From Hyphomicrobiales bacterium (GTDB lineage Bacteria; Pseudomonadota; Alphaproteobacteria; Rhizobiales; Methyloligellaceae): 64,000 nt of DNA. The stretch's first letter is position 1. Each line of letters starts with the position of its first letter. The stretch covers positions 8,111 through 72,110 of the forward strand of contig JBBQKN010000012.1 in assembly GCA_038326945.1 (NCBI GenBank), in the 5' to 3' direction. This document shows positions 10,943 through 19,514 of this stretch, piece after piece. Under the pieces are notes generated by a model. That model did no database searches. It was not told the DNA's origin and saw nothing but the letters and a program-made list of their open reading frames with translations. The position numbers were made by a program, and so were the translations under genes.

Positions 10943-11515
10943 TTAGCCGTGCATGAGCACGGTGTCGATCACATGGATGACGCCGTTCGACTGCATCACG
11001 TTCTTGACCGTGATTTTGGCGGAATCGCCCTTGGCGTCCCAGATCCACAACTCGCCGTCCTTGATCTGAACCGTGAGCTCTTCGCCCTCGACCGTCTTCA
11101 GCGTGGTCTTGCCGCCGTCCTTCTTGGCCATGGTCATCAGATCCTTGGCGGTGAGGCGGCCGGGAACCACGTGGTAGGTAAGAACACCCACGAGCTGGTC
11201 CTTGTTCTCGGGCTTAAGCAAAGTGTCGACCGTGCCGTTGGGCAGCTTGGCGAAGGCCGCGTTCGTCGGCGCGAATACCGTGAACGGGCCCGGGCCCGAC
11301 AGCGTATCGACCAGGTCTGCGGCCTTGACCGCGGCGACGAGCGTGGTGTGATCCTTCGAGTTGACCGCGTTCTGAATGATGTTCTTGGACGGATACATCG
11401 CCGCACCGCCAACGGTGACACTCATCTCCTTGGCCACACTGGGAGCAATGGCGACAGCCGATACGGCCAGAGCCGCGGCGGCAACACCGGACAGCACAAC
11501 ACTTGAAAACTTCAT
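10943..11515 (-). CDS. Secreted fasciclin (FAS1) domain protein
   Basis: Signal peptide MKFSSVVLSGVAAAALAVS; GPFTVFAPTNAAF, LTYHVV and NGVIHVID motifs; AAGGAG RBS. Confidence 0.92.
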   Translation of the reverse strand: MKFSSVVLSGVAAAALAVSAVAIAPSVAKEMSVTVGGAAMYPSKNIIQNAVNSKDHTTLVAAVKAADLVDTLSGPGPFTVFAPTNAAFAKLPNGTVDTLLKPENKDQLVGVLTYHVVPGRLTAKDLMTMAKKDGGKTTLKTVEGEELTVQIKDGELWIWDAKGDSAKITVKNVMQSNGVIHVIDTVLMHG

Positions 11516-11567
11516 CGTGATTCTCCTTAGCTGATTGGGGGCACCTCTCATTCGAGGTGTCGCCAGC

Positions 11568-11623
11568 AGTTACGGAGGAGTGCGCGCGGCGGACGCGGTG
11601 ATGCGTGTTGAACTTTTCGTGAG
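11568..11623 (-). promoter_or_regulatory. Putative ECF-type promoter module upstream of the fasciclin gene (copy 1)
   Basis: Minus strand: CTCACGAAAAGTTCA-N12-GCGTCC-N16-CGTAACT; nearly the same layout occurs at 11989-12042. Confidence 0.6.
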
Positions 11624-11711
11624 GGAGGCGGGAACGCCGGGTCTAGAGCTTCGCCAAGGCGCGGCTCTGGGTTCCGAGGGTGGTGACGCGCCCCGGTATC
11701 GGTCTCAACCG

Positions 11712-11741
11712 AAAAGGGCACCCGCCGGAAAGCGGGTGCCC
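11712..11741 (-). terminator. Rho-independent terminator downstream of the small ORF
   Basis: Minus strand reads GGGCACCCGC-TTTCCG-GCGGGTGCCC-TTTT (perfect 10-bp stem). Confidence 0.8.
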
Positions 11742-11804
11742 AATAAGGCAGGGGGAATAGGTTGGTGGTGGTCATGCGATCACCGAACCGGGAACCCGCG
11801 ACGC

Positions 11805-11903
11805 CTACGGGTGGTAGGTCTGGGCGTAAGCGAACTGCTCGGCCATTGCCGGCGCGGCGGCGGCGGTGGCAATCAATGCGATGGCAAGGAAGATCGTCTT
11901 CAT
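11805..11903 (-). CDS. Unannotated 32-aa signal-peptide ORF, MKTIFLAIALIATAAAAPAMA-EQFAYAQTYHP
   Basis: GAGGAG RBS 7 nt before the ATG, a Sec-type signal with an AMA cleavage motif, its own promoter copy and its own terminator; below the ORF-track size cutoff. Confidence 0.65.
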   Translation of the reverse strand: MKTIFLAIALIATAAAAPAMAEQFAYAQTYHP

Positions 11904-11988
11904 GGGGTTCTCCTCAGTTTGTTGGCGGCCTGTTGATCCAGGGGTCGAACCGGCTGGCCATTTTGTCCGATCGCCCATTTGATGCTGT

Positions 11989-12042
11989 AGCTACGGAAAA
12001 CGGTTCGCCCGGACGCCTGGGGGCGAGTGAACTTTTCGTGAG
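11989..12042 (-). promoter_or_regulatory. Putative ECF-type promoter module upstream of the small ORF (copy 2)
   Basis: Minus strand: CTCACGAAAAGTTCA-N11-GCGTCC-N15-CGTAGCT. Confidence 0.6.
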
Positions 12043-12102
12043 CTCGATGATGGGACCTCTACCCGGATCGGGTCCGGGCGTGACGGGGCGGCAGAGAAGC
12101 CC

Positions 12103-12813
12103 CTACAGGCTCGCGAGCTTGCCGTTGGCGATGATCGGGCCGGTGGGCTGGCCTGTCGGGGAGCCTCCACGCGGCTCGAGGGTAATGGCGAGGGTCGAAT
12201 CGACGCTCACATGCGGCTGCAGCTCGGGCGGAACCGCGACCTTCACCGGCCGCGTCGGATCGACCAGACCGAGCGAGTGCGGGGTGCCGCCCGGCGGGAT
12301 CACCCACAATTCATAAGATTGCTGCTGCTGGCCTGTAATCAACGCTGCGGGCACGATGGTGACGCTGCCATCGGCGGGATTGGACGCGGCAAGGAACCCG
12401 GGCTGGCCCGACTTCTCGTCGAGCTGGGCGACCAGCGGCGGCCCGAGCGCAGGAATCTGGGCAAGATAGATGAGACCGGCCATGCTCGCGGCCGCGAGCC
12501 CCGCCGAAGCGAGGGCAACAGGGCGCCAGAAGGCGAGGCTCTGCCATAGGCCGCCTGGCTCGGGGGCCGGCTTGACGGCAATGCGCGCTTCGATGCGTTG
12601 CCACACCTCCGCCGGCGGCGGCACGGGCGCGACGCCTTCGGCGAGCACGGCGAGGCGCGCTTCCCAGAACGCAATTTCGGTCGCCAACTCAGGCTCGCGC
12701 TCAAGCCGAAGCTCGAGGGCGCGACGCTCCTCGGCGCCAAGCACGCCAAGGACGTATTCGGCAGCGAGAAAATCGCGATCCTCGCCCGCGCCTATGGTCT
12801 GGTCGTCGCTCAT
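12103..12813 (-). CDS. Anti-sigma factor, RskA (anti-sigma K) family
   Basis: AAEYVLGVL N-terminus, one TM helix, YELWVIP and LAITLEPRGGSPTGQPTGP; ATGA overlap with the sigma gene stop. Confidence 0.9.
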   Translation of the reverse strand: MSDDQTIGAGEDRDFLAAEYVLGVLGAEERRALELRLEREPELATEIAFWEARLAVLAEGVAPVPPPAEVWQRIEARIAVKPAPEPGGLWQSLAFWRPVALASAGLAAASMAGLIYLAQIPALGPPLVAQLDEKSGQPGFLAASNPADGSVTIVPAALITGQQQQSYELWVIPPGGTPHSLGLVDPTRPVKVAVPPELQPHVSVDSTLAITLEPRGGSPTGQPTGPIIANGKLASL

Positions 12814-13367
12814 CGCTCCAAACACGCTCTCAGTTTCAACAACCCGCGCCTGATCCAGCTCTTCATGGTGCCGAGCGGGACGGCGGATTTGCGCGCAAGC
12901 TCGTCATAGGTCAGCCCGTCCAGGAACGCCGCTCTGATCGCCGCCGATTGGCGATCCTCGAGTTCTCGCAGGCAATCGTTGAGGCGCGCCCGCTCCTGGC
13001 CGGTTTCGATCAGATCGACGGCGCTTGGGCTTGCGTCGGCCACGTCGTCGGCGGCCTCGATCGGCAGGCTGGCACGGGCGACACGACCCGAGCGCAAACG
13101 GTCGATGGCGCGGTTGCGCGCGATGGCCACGAGCCAACTGATCGGGCTCGCCACGCTCTCATCGAAGCGCGCTGCCTTTCGCCACACGGTAAGATAGACC
13201 TCTTGCAACAAATCCTCGGCCTCGCTTCTGTCATTTAAGATACGCAGGCCGACGCCGAATAGCTTCGCCGAGGTGTTGGCATAAACGAGGCGGAGAGCGT
13301 CGCGGTCGCCCGCCGCCACGCGGCCGAGGGCGGCGACAAGCTGCCGGCGTCTCGTCTGTGCATCCAT
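12810..13367 (-). CDS. ECF RNA polymerase sigma factor (SigK-like)
   Basis: EAEDLLQEVYLTVW, WLVAIARNRAID and PLGTMKSWIRRGL; probable start MDAQT at 13367. Confidence 0.9.
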   Translation of the reverse strand: MDAQTRRRQLVAALGRVAAGDRDALRLVYANTSAKLFGVGLRILNDRSEAEDLLQEVYLTVWRKAARFDESVASPISWLVAIARNRAIDRLRSGRVARASLPIEAADDVADASPSAVDLIETGQERARLNDCLRELEDRQSAAIRAAFLDGLTYDELARKSAVPLGTMKSWIRRGLLKLRACLER

Positions 13368-13710
13368 GCTAAAAATCCGTCCCGGGAGGGGCCACTCCCG
13401 CAACCAAGATACTCCGAATCGGGCGCGGCCGGGGCAGTACTCCGCCATGGCAGCGGCAAATCGCGATTTCCCGGTTGCGGATTGAGGGCGCTGCGCTACT
13501 CTCCGCCCGCGCCAAACCGGCTGTTTTCCCTTCACGCGGCATAAAAGCACCACAGGAACCGGTGAATGGGATCAATCCGCGCCGAGTGCCACGGAACAGT
13601 CGAATTTACGGTGAGTATAGGGCAGGAGAGCTTGACATCTAATTACGGGGGTTCCGAGCCAGCGCCCGGCTCGGCTTGGTGTGAGGCACACCCAAAATGA
13701 AGGGGAGCAC

Positions 13711-14691
13711 ATGATGTTGAGACGCGCGGGCCTCGGCCTTCTCGTGGGAGCGATGCTTTTGGCTCCGACGGCCGCCAGTGCCGGGCCGGCTCTCGTGTTC
13801 GAGCCCTACAATGGGACCATCTTCTACGCCGAGGATCTCGACGCGCCTTGGTTCCCCGCTTCGCTGACCAAGATGATGACGGCCTATGTCACCTTCCAGG
13901 CGATTAAGAAGGGTGAGGTCAAACTCGATAGCGACATCACCTGCTCGAAGAAGGCGGTGTCCCAGGCCCCGACCAAGCTCGGGCTTCCGGTCGGCGGCAA
14001 GATCACGCTGGAGACCGGGCTCAAGGTCCTGATCGTCAAATCCGCGAACGACGTCGCGATGATGATCGCCGAGGCCGTTGGCGGCAGCGAAGAGGCCTTC
14101 GTCCAGCGTATGAATGAAGCCGCGCACAAGCTCGGCATGACGCGAACCAAGTTCGCAAACCCCAACGGGCTCCCGAATGAAGACCAATTCACGACTGCGC
14201 GCGATCTCGCCAAGCTCGCCCGAGCCCTGATCGTCGAGTTCCCCGAATATGCTGACATCTTCGCCATGCCCAATGTGAAGGTCGGCAACAAGGTGATGCG
14301 GACCCACAACGGGCTCCTGATCTCCTTTCCGGGGGCCGACGGCATGAAGACCGGGTTCATTTGCGATTCCGGCTTCAACGTGGTGGTGAGCGCCACGCGC
14401 GACGGCCGCAAGCTCGTAGCCGTGGTGCTCGGCGAGCCATCGGTCGCAATCCGGAGCGACCGCGCCGCCAATTTGCTCGAGAATGGCTTCAAGCGCTATT
14501 TCTGGAAGTCGCTGTTCGGCACCACCATCGACGGCATGGCCATTCAAACCTCGATGAATGAGGGGCCGGCTCATCTCCGCAACGACATCTGCGGGCCGGG
14601 CCGAGCCAAGAAGAAGAAGCGCAAGCGGACCGCCGGCAGCGCTGCCAAGGCGCAGCCCCAGATCCGCAACCTCAACGCCGCAGCCAACTGA
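13711..14691 (+). CDS. D-alanyl-D-alanine carboxypeptidase (peptidase S11)
   Basis: Signal peptide; SxxK (ASLTKM), SxN (KSAND) and KTG (GMKTGF) motifs; AGGGGAG RBS. Confidence 0.9.
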   Translation: MMLRRAGLGLLVGAMLLAPTAASAGPALVFEPYNGTIFYAEDLDAPWFPASLTKMMTAYVTFQAIKKGEVKLDSDITCSKKAVSQAPTKLGLPVGGKITLETGLKVLIVKSANDVAMMIAEAVGGSEEAFVQRMNEAAHKLGMTRTKFANPNGLPNEDQFTTARDLAKLARALIVEFPEYADIFAMPNVKVGNKVMRTHNGLLISFPGADGMKTGFICDSGFNVVVSATRDGRKLVAVVLGEPSVAIRSDRAANLLENGFKRYFWKSLFGTTIDGMAIQTSMNEGPAHLRNDICGPGRAKKKKRKRTAGSAAKAQPQIRNLNAAAN

Positions 14692-14703
14692 GCCATTTCG
14701 CCC

Positions 14704-15195
14704 TTGCTCCCGCCGGCGCGCAAACTGACACCACTTATCCCGAATTTGCTTACAGCACTGCTGATCCTCGGCGGGAGTCTCTGCGCCTTTGCCGGCGAAG
14801 CGCCTGACAATGTCGCGGCCGAAATCGCCTATGCGGCCCAGTCATGCAAGGATTTGGATGGCACCCCCCATGCCGATGCCGTACTCAGCTTCGACGATGT
14901 GAATGGGGACGGCGGCGAGGACTGGGTTGCCGATTACGCCAAGTTCGACTGCGAAGGCGGCATTAACCCGATGTGCGGCGCGGACGGCTGTGACTTGCAA
15001 ATCTTCCTGTGGAACGGCGCCACCGCCTGGCCCCTCACCTTCGAGGAGACGGTGAAGAGCTATCGATTCGTCCGGCGCGGCGGCAAGCCCGAACTGCAAG
15101 TCGTCATGGCGGGCAGCGCCTGCGACCGGCCGGGCAGCGAAACCTGCCGCATCACCTACAGCCTCGACCACGACGCGATCGAGCGCGCGCGATAG
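14704..15195 (+). CDS. Hypothetical secreted Cys-rich protein
   Basis: Hydrophobic N-terminus, six Cys, DVNGDGGED loop and CGADGC motif; TTG start uncertain. Confidence 0.6.
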   Translation: MLPPARKLTPLIPNLLTALLILGGSLCAFAGEAPDNVAAEIAYAAQSCKDLDGTPHADAVLSFDDVNGDGGEDWVADYAKFDCEGGINPMCGADGCDLQIFLWNGATAWPLTFEETVKSYRFVRRGGKPELQVVMAGSACDRPGSETCRITYSLDHDAIERAR

Positions 15196-15198
15196 GGC

Positions 15199-15747
15199 TC
15201 AGAAGGACGAGCCGGGCTCGGCGAGAAACGCCTGCTCCGCTTCCGTCGATGGCCGTCCGAGCACGGCGTTGCGATGCGGGAAGCGGCCGAAGCGGTCGAT
15301 GATCGCCTGATGCCTTTCGGCGAAATCGAGATTGAGCGGAAGCCCGAGCATGGTGAACAGCGCGACCGACCGCTCCTGATCGGCCGCGTCCTCCGAATGC
15401 TGGAAGGGTATGTAGATGAAAGCGCGCTGCTCTGGCTGGAGCTTCACGTCGATCCCGTCGGCAATGGCGCGCTTGGCCAGTGTGAGCGCCTCGGCGTCGG
15501 TGGCGAAGGCACGCGGGTCATCGCGGAACATGTTGCGCGGGAACTGGTCGAGCACGAGGATCGCGGCCAGAACGCCCCTTGACGTTCCGAGCCAGGAGGC
15601 GGGTACGCCGGCGCTGAGCTCACGATAGGTCGGGCCAAAGCGCGAGACGATGGTCGCATCGATCGCCTCGTCCTTGCGGAACCAGTCCTTGGGCTGAAGC
15701 TCCACGAACCAGAAGCGGAGAATGTCGTCGATGCTGGCGGAGCTCAT
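15199..15747 (-). CDS. DUF924 family protein
   Basis: ILRFWF, LDQFPRNMFR, FIYIPFQHSED and FGRFPHRNAVLGRPST. Confidence 0.9.
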   Translation of the reverse strand: MSSASIDDILRFWFVELQPKDWFRKDEAIDATIVSRFGPTYRELSAGVPASWLGTSRGVLAAILVLDQFPRNMFRDDPRAFATDAEALTLAKRAIADGIDVKLQPEQRAFIYIPFQHSEDAADQERSVALFTMLGLPLNLDFAERHQAIIDRFGRFPHRNAVLGRPSTEAEQAFLAEPGSSF

Positions 15748-15777
15748 GGCTGCGCTCCTTTCGGCCGAAGGCGTTGC

Positions 15778-16470
15778 TTAGGCATTCGCGGACGCCGCGA
15801 TCGCGGCCTTGATCAGAGCCAGCGCCTCGGGCGAATCCCATTTCGCCGGCCCGACGAGGCGGCCGATCTCGCGCCCCTCGCGGTCGAGCAGCAAGGTCGT
15901 CGGCATGCCGACCGCCCTCAGCGCGGCGAACAGCTTGCCGCTGGGATCGGTGTAGAGGGTTAGATGCGTGGCCCCGGTCTCGGCCAGGAACTTCTTGGGA
16001 TTGTCGCCGCCGCCTCGATCGATATTGACCGCGACCACATCGAAATCCTTGCCGCCGAGGTCGGCTTGAAGCTTGTCGAGCGCCGGCATCTCTTCGCGGC
16101 AGGGCACGCACCACGTGGCCCAGATGTTGAGCAGCACCACTTTGCCCCGCCAGTCGCTTAACGATTCCGGCGCGCCATTAGCGCCGGCGAAATTGATTTC
16201 GGGCACAGCTTCAGGCTTCGACCTGATGACGAAAGGCGCCATCGCGCCCGTGTTCAGGCCGGCAAGCGGCCCTTGCCCCATGCCTCCGCTCGCCGCTCCC
16301 TCACTCTCCTTTCCGGGCGAAAGGGCAATGCGGCCATTGTCAGAAGGGGCAAAACTCCAATATACCGTGCCGAACCCGGCAATCGCCGCCAGTAGCGCGA
16401 TGATGACAATGGTGGCCGGCGACCCGTCGCGGTCGCGTTTTTCGCTTCTGTTCACGTCTTCCTCGCTCAC
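15778..16470 (-). CDS. tlpA: TlpA-family thiol:disulfide interchange protein
   Basis: N-terminal TM helix, [16 protein letters not shown] and GMPTTLL; probable GTG start at 16470, divergent from argH. Confidence 0.88.
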   Translation of the reverse strand: MSEEDVNRSEKRDRDGSPATIVIIALLAAIAGFGTVYWSFAPSDNGRIALSPGKESEGAASGGMGQGPLAGLNTGAMAPFVIRSKPEAVPEINFAGANGAPESLSDWRGKVVLLNIWATWCVPCREEMPALDKLQADLGGKDFDVVAVNIDRGGGDNPKKFLAETGATHLTLYTDPSGKLFAALRAVGMPTTLLLDREGREIGRLVGPAKWDSPEALALIKAAIAASANA

Positions 16471-16495
16471 CCTCGCTTTGGACAGGGCTCGTTCT

Positions 16496-17893
16496 GTGAC
16501 CAATACCATGTGGGGCGGCCGCTTCTCTTTGAGCCCCGCCGCGATCATGGAGGAGATAAACGCCTCCATCGGCTTCGACAAGCGCCTCTGGCGCCACGAC
16601 ATTCTTGCGTCCAAGGCTCATGCCGCCATGCTGGCCGAAACCGGCATCGTCACCAAGGGCGAAGCTGACAAGATCGCGCGCGGCCTGGACAAGATCGCGG
16701 CCGAGATCGAAGCCGGCAAATTCACCTTCAGCCGGTCGCTCGAGGACATTCATCTGAATATCGAGAGCCGACTGGCCGAGTTGATCGGGCCGGTCGCCGG
16801 CAGACTGCACACGGCGCGATCGCGTAACGACCAGGTGGCGACGGACTTCCGCCTCTATGTGCGGGACGAGATCGATATCGTCGATGCGATGCTCGCCGGG
16901 CTTCAATCCGTTCTGGCCGAGACCGCGCACGCGCACGCGGCGACGGTGATGCCGGGTTACACCCATTTGCAGAACGCCCAGCCGGTCACCTTCGGCCATC
17001 ACTGCCTCGCTTATGTCGAGATGTTCGGCCGTGACCGGGGACGTTTCGCCGATGCGCGGACGCGTCTGAACGAATCTCCGCTCGGTGCGGCGGCGCTCGC
17101 CGGCACGAGCTTCCCCATCGACCGGGAAGCGACGGCGAAGGCGCTCGGCTTCGCGCGGCCCTCGGCCAATTCGCTCGACGCCGTGTCGGATCGCGACTTC
17201 GCGCTCGAGACCATGGCCGCGGCCGCCATCGCCGCCATGCATCTGTCGCGGCTGGGCGAAGAGATCGTGCTCTGGACCTCGCCGCAATTCGGCTTCGCCC
17301 GCCTCTCCGACCGTTATTCGACCGGCTCCTCGATCATGCCACAGAAGCGCAACCCCGACGCGGCCGAACTCGTCCGCGCCAAGACCGGCCGCATCTCCGG
17401 CGCGTTCCTCGCGCTGCTCATGGTGATGAAGGGACTGCCGCTCGCTTATGCCAAGGACATGCAGGAGGACAAGGAGCCGACCTTCGACGCGCTCGATTCG
17501 CTCAAGCTCGGACTCGCGGCCATGACCGGCATGGTTGGCGACCTGGAGCCTGATCCGCGCGCGATGAAGAAGGCCGCCGGCGGCGGTCACGCCACCGCCA
17601 CCGACCTCGCCGACTGGCTCGTGCGCCAGGCCGGCCTGCCCTTCCGGGAGGCCCACCACGCCACCGGACGAATCGTGGCGCTGGCCGATGCCAAGGGTTG
17701 CGGCCTGGCCAAGCTCAGCCTCGCCGAATTGCAACAGATCGAGCCCCGAATCACGGAAGGCGTGATCGCCGTGCTCGATATAGGCAAATCGGTCAAAAGC
17801 CGGACATCTTATGGTGGTACGGCCCCCCAGAATGTGCGGCGGGAAGCCCGGCGCTGGATAAAGCGTTTGAAGAAGGATGGCTTAACGCGATAG
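16496..17893 (+). CDS. argH: Argininosuccinate lyase
   Basis: [26 protein letters not shown] and [14 protein letters not shown]; GTG start gives ~465 aa. Confidence 0.96.
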   Translation: MTNTMWGGRFSLSPAAIMEEINASIGFDKRLWRHDILASKAHAAMLAETGIVTKGEADKIARGLDKIAAEIEAGKFTFSRSLEDIHLNIESRLAELIGPVAGRLHTARSRNDQVATDFRLYVRDEIDIVDAMLAGLQSVLAETAHAHAATVMPGYTHLQNAQPVTFGHHCLAYVEMFGRDRGRFADARTRLNESPLGAAALAGTSFPIDREATAKALGFARPSANSLDAVSDRDFALETMAAAAIAAMHLSRLGEEIVLWTSPQFGFARLSDRYSTGSSIMPQKRNPDAAELVRAKTGRISGAFLALLMVMKGLPLAYAKDMQEDKEPTFDALDSLKLGLAAMTGMVGDLEPDPRAMKKAAGGGHATATDLADWLVRQAGLPFREAHHATGRIVALADAKGCGLAKLSLAELQQIEPRITEGVIAVLDIGKSVKSRTSYGGTAPQNVRREARRWIKRLKKDGLTR

Positions 17894-17942
17894 AAAGGAC
17901 CAAAGGGCCGCTGCGTAAGGGCCCGGTCAAAGGGGCACGACC

Positions 17943-18134
17943 ATGGGAAGCGCTTTGCGCGTCCTCCTAGCTATTGCGCTGATCCTCAGCCTGGGCTTGA
18001 GTGCCTGCGGCAAGCGCGGCTCGCTCGACCGGCCGAAGCCCAGCTATCCCGAGACCAAGGCCGATCCCGAGACCAAGATGTCGCAAGCGCCGGCCCGGTC
18101 GCTTTGGATTGACCGACTGCTCGGGGCTCCATAA
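17943..18134 (+). CDS. Small lipoprotein, LppL/LptM(YifL)-like
   Basis: Lipobox LSAC followed by GKRGSL..P, resembling the CGxKGPL motif; sits immediately before lysA. Confidence 0.7.
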   Translation: MGSALRVLLAIALILSLGLSACGKRGSLDRPKPSYPETKADPETKMSQAPARSLWIDRLLGAP

Positions 18135-18142
18135 GCCTTCCC

Positions 18143-19408
18143 ATGCACCACTTTGCTTACCGGCAAGGACTCCTCCACGCCGAGGACGTTAGCCTTGCCC
18201 TGATCGCCGAGGCGGTCGGCACGCCCTTCTATTGCTATTCGACCGCGACGCTGGAGCGCCATTTTCGCGTCTTCGCCGACGCCTTCGCGGGCACCGACGC
18301 CGAAATCTGCTACTCGGTCAAAGCCAATTCCAGCCTGGCCGTGCTCGCCACGCTCGCCCGCCTCGGCGCCGGCATGGACGTGGTGTCAGAAGGCGAACTC
18401 CGCCGTGTGCTCGCCATCGGCGTTCCCGCCGGCAAGATCGCCTTCTCCGGCGTGGGCAAGACCCAAGACGAGATGGCCTTCGCGCTGAAAGAGGGCATCT
18501 TCGCCTTCAACGTCGAGTCGGAGCCGGAGCTTCGCCTGTTGAGCGAGACGGCAGCCGCGCTCGGCCTGTCTGCCCGCATCGCGCTCAGAGTGAATCCCGA
18601 CGTCGACGCCAAGACCCACCATAAGATCGCGACCGGCAACGCCGAGAACAAATTCGGCGTGCCCTTCGCGCAAGCGCTGCCGCTCTATCAGCTCGCGCGC
18701 GCGCTGCCGGGGGTCGAGCCGCGCGGCGTGCACATGCATATCGGCAGCCAGATCACCGACCTTGCCCCCTTCCGCAACGCCTTTGCCCTGTTGAAGGAAC
18801 TTGTCGGCGTGCTTCACGCCAACGGCTTCGCCATCGATTTCGTCAATCTCGGCGGCGGCCTCGGCGTGCCTTACCGAAGCGACGCGCCGGCTCCACCTTT
18901 GCCGCAAGCCTATGGCAAGCTGGTGATGGAGGCGGTCGGCGGTCTCGGCTGCAAGCTCCTGTTCGAGCCTGGGCGCATGATCGCCGCCAATGGGGGCATC
19001 CTCGTTTCGCGCGTCATTTATGTGAAGCACGGCCAGCCTAAGAGTTTCACCATCATCGACGCGGCGATGAACGATCTCATCCGCCCCACTTTGTACGACG
19101 CCTATCACGAGATCTGGCCCGTGGCTGAGCCCGCGGACGGGTCGGCGACGGCGGTCACCGATGTCGTGGGCCCCATCTGCGAGACCGGCGACTATCTCGC
19201 GCTCGCCAGGCCCTTGCCCGAACTCCGCGACGGCGATCTCGTTGCCATCATGACGGCGGGGGCCTATGGCGCCGTGCTCGCCTCTGAATATAACAGCCGG
19301 CTCCTGGTGCCGGAGGTGCTGGTTGCGGGCGACCGCTTTGCCGTGACGCGGCCAAGACCAAGCTACGACGACATGCTGGCGGCGGAGCGGCTGCCCGATT
19401 GGCTCTAG
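18143..19408 (+). CDS. lysA: Diaminopimelate decarboxylase
   Basis: YSVKANS (PLP Lys), HMHIGSQI, LGGGLG, EPGR, VVGPICETGD and AGAYG. Confidence 0.96.
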   Translation: MHHFAYRQGLLHAEDVSLALIAEAVGTPFYCYSTATLERHFRVFADAFAGTDAEICYSVKANSSLAVLATLARLGAGMDVVSEGELRRVLAIGVPAGKIAFSGVGKTQDEMAFALKEGIFAFNVESEPELRLLSETAAALGLSARIALRVNPDVDAKTHHKIATGNAENKFGVPFAQALPLYQLARALPGVEPRGVHMHIGSQITDLAPFRNAFALLKELVGVLHANGFAIDFVNLGGGLGVPYRSDAPAPPLPQAYGKLVMEAVGGLGCKLLFEPGRMIAANGGILVSRVIYVKHGQPKSFTIIDAAMNDLIRPTLYDAYHEIWPVAEPADGSATAVTDVVGPICETGDYLALARPLPELRDGDLVAIMTAGAYGAVLASEYNSRLLVPEVLVAGDRFAVTRPRPSYDDMLAAERLPDWL

Positions 19409-19514
19409 GCCGCGAGGCCCGTTAGGGCCTCCGTTTCGCCCCCATCGCTCCCCACATTACGTGCATCACGCTTGTATTACCCGCCCGCTCCACGCTTTAT
19501 GCTAAGCCTCGACG

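Noticed and set aside
11548-11775. 75-aa minus-strand ORF from the track
   Set aside because: It runs through the strong terminator and the fasciclin promoter, has no RBS and has no protein-like features
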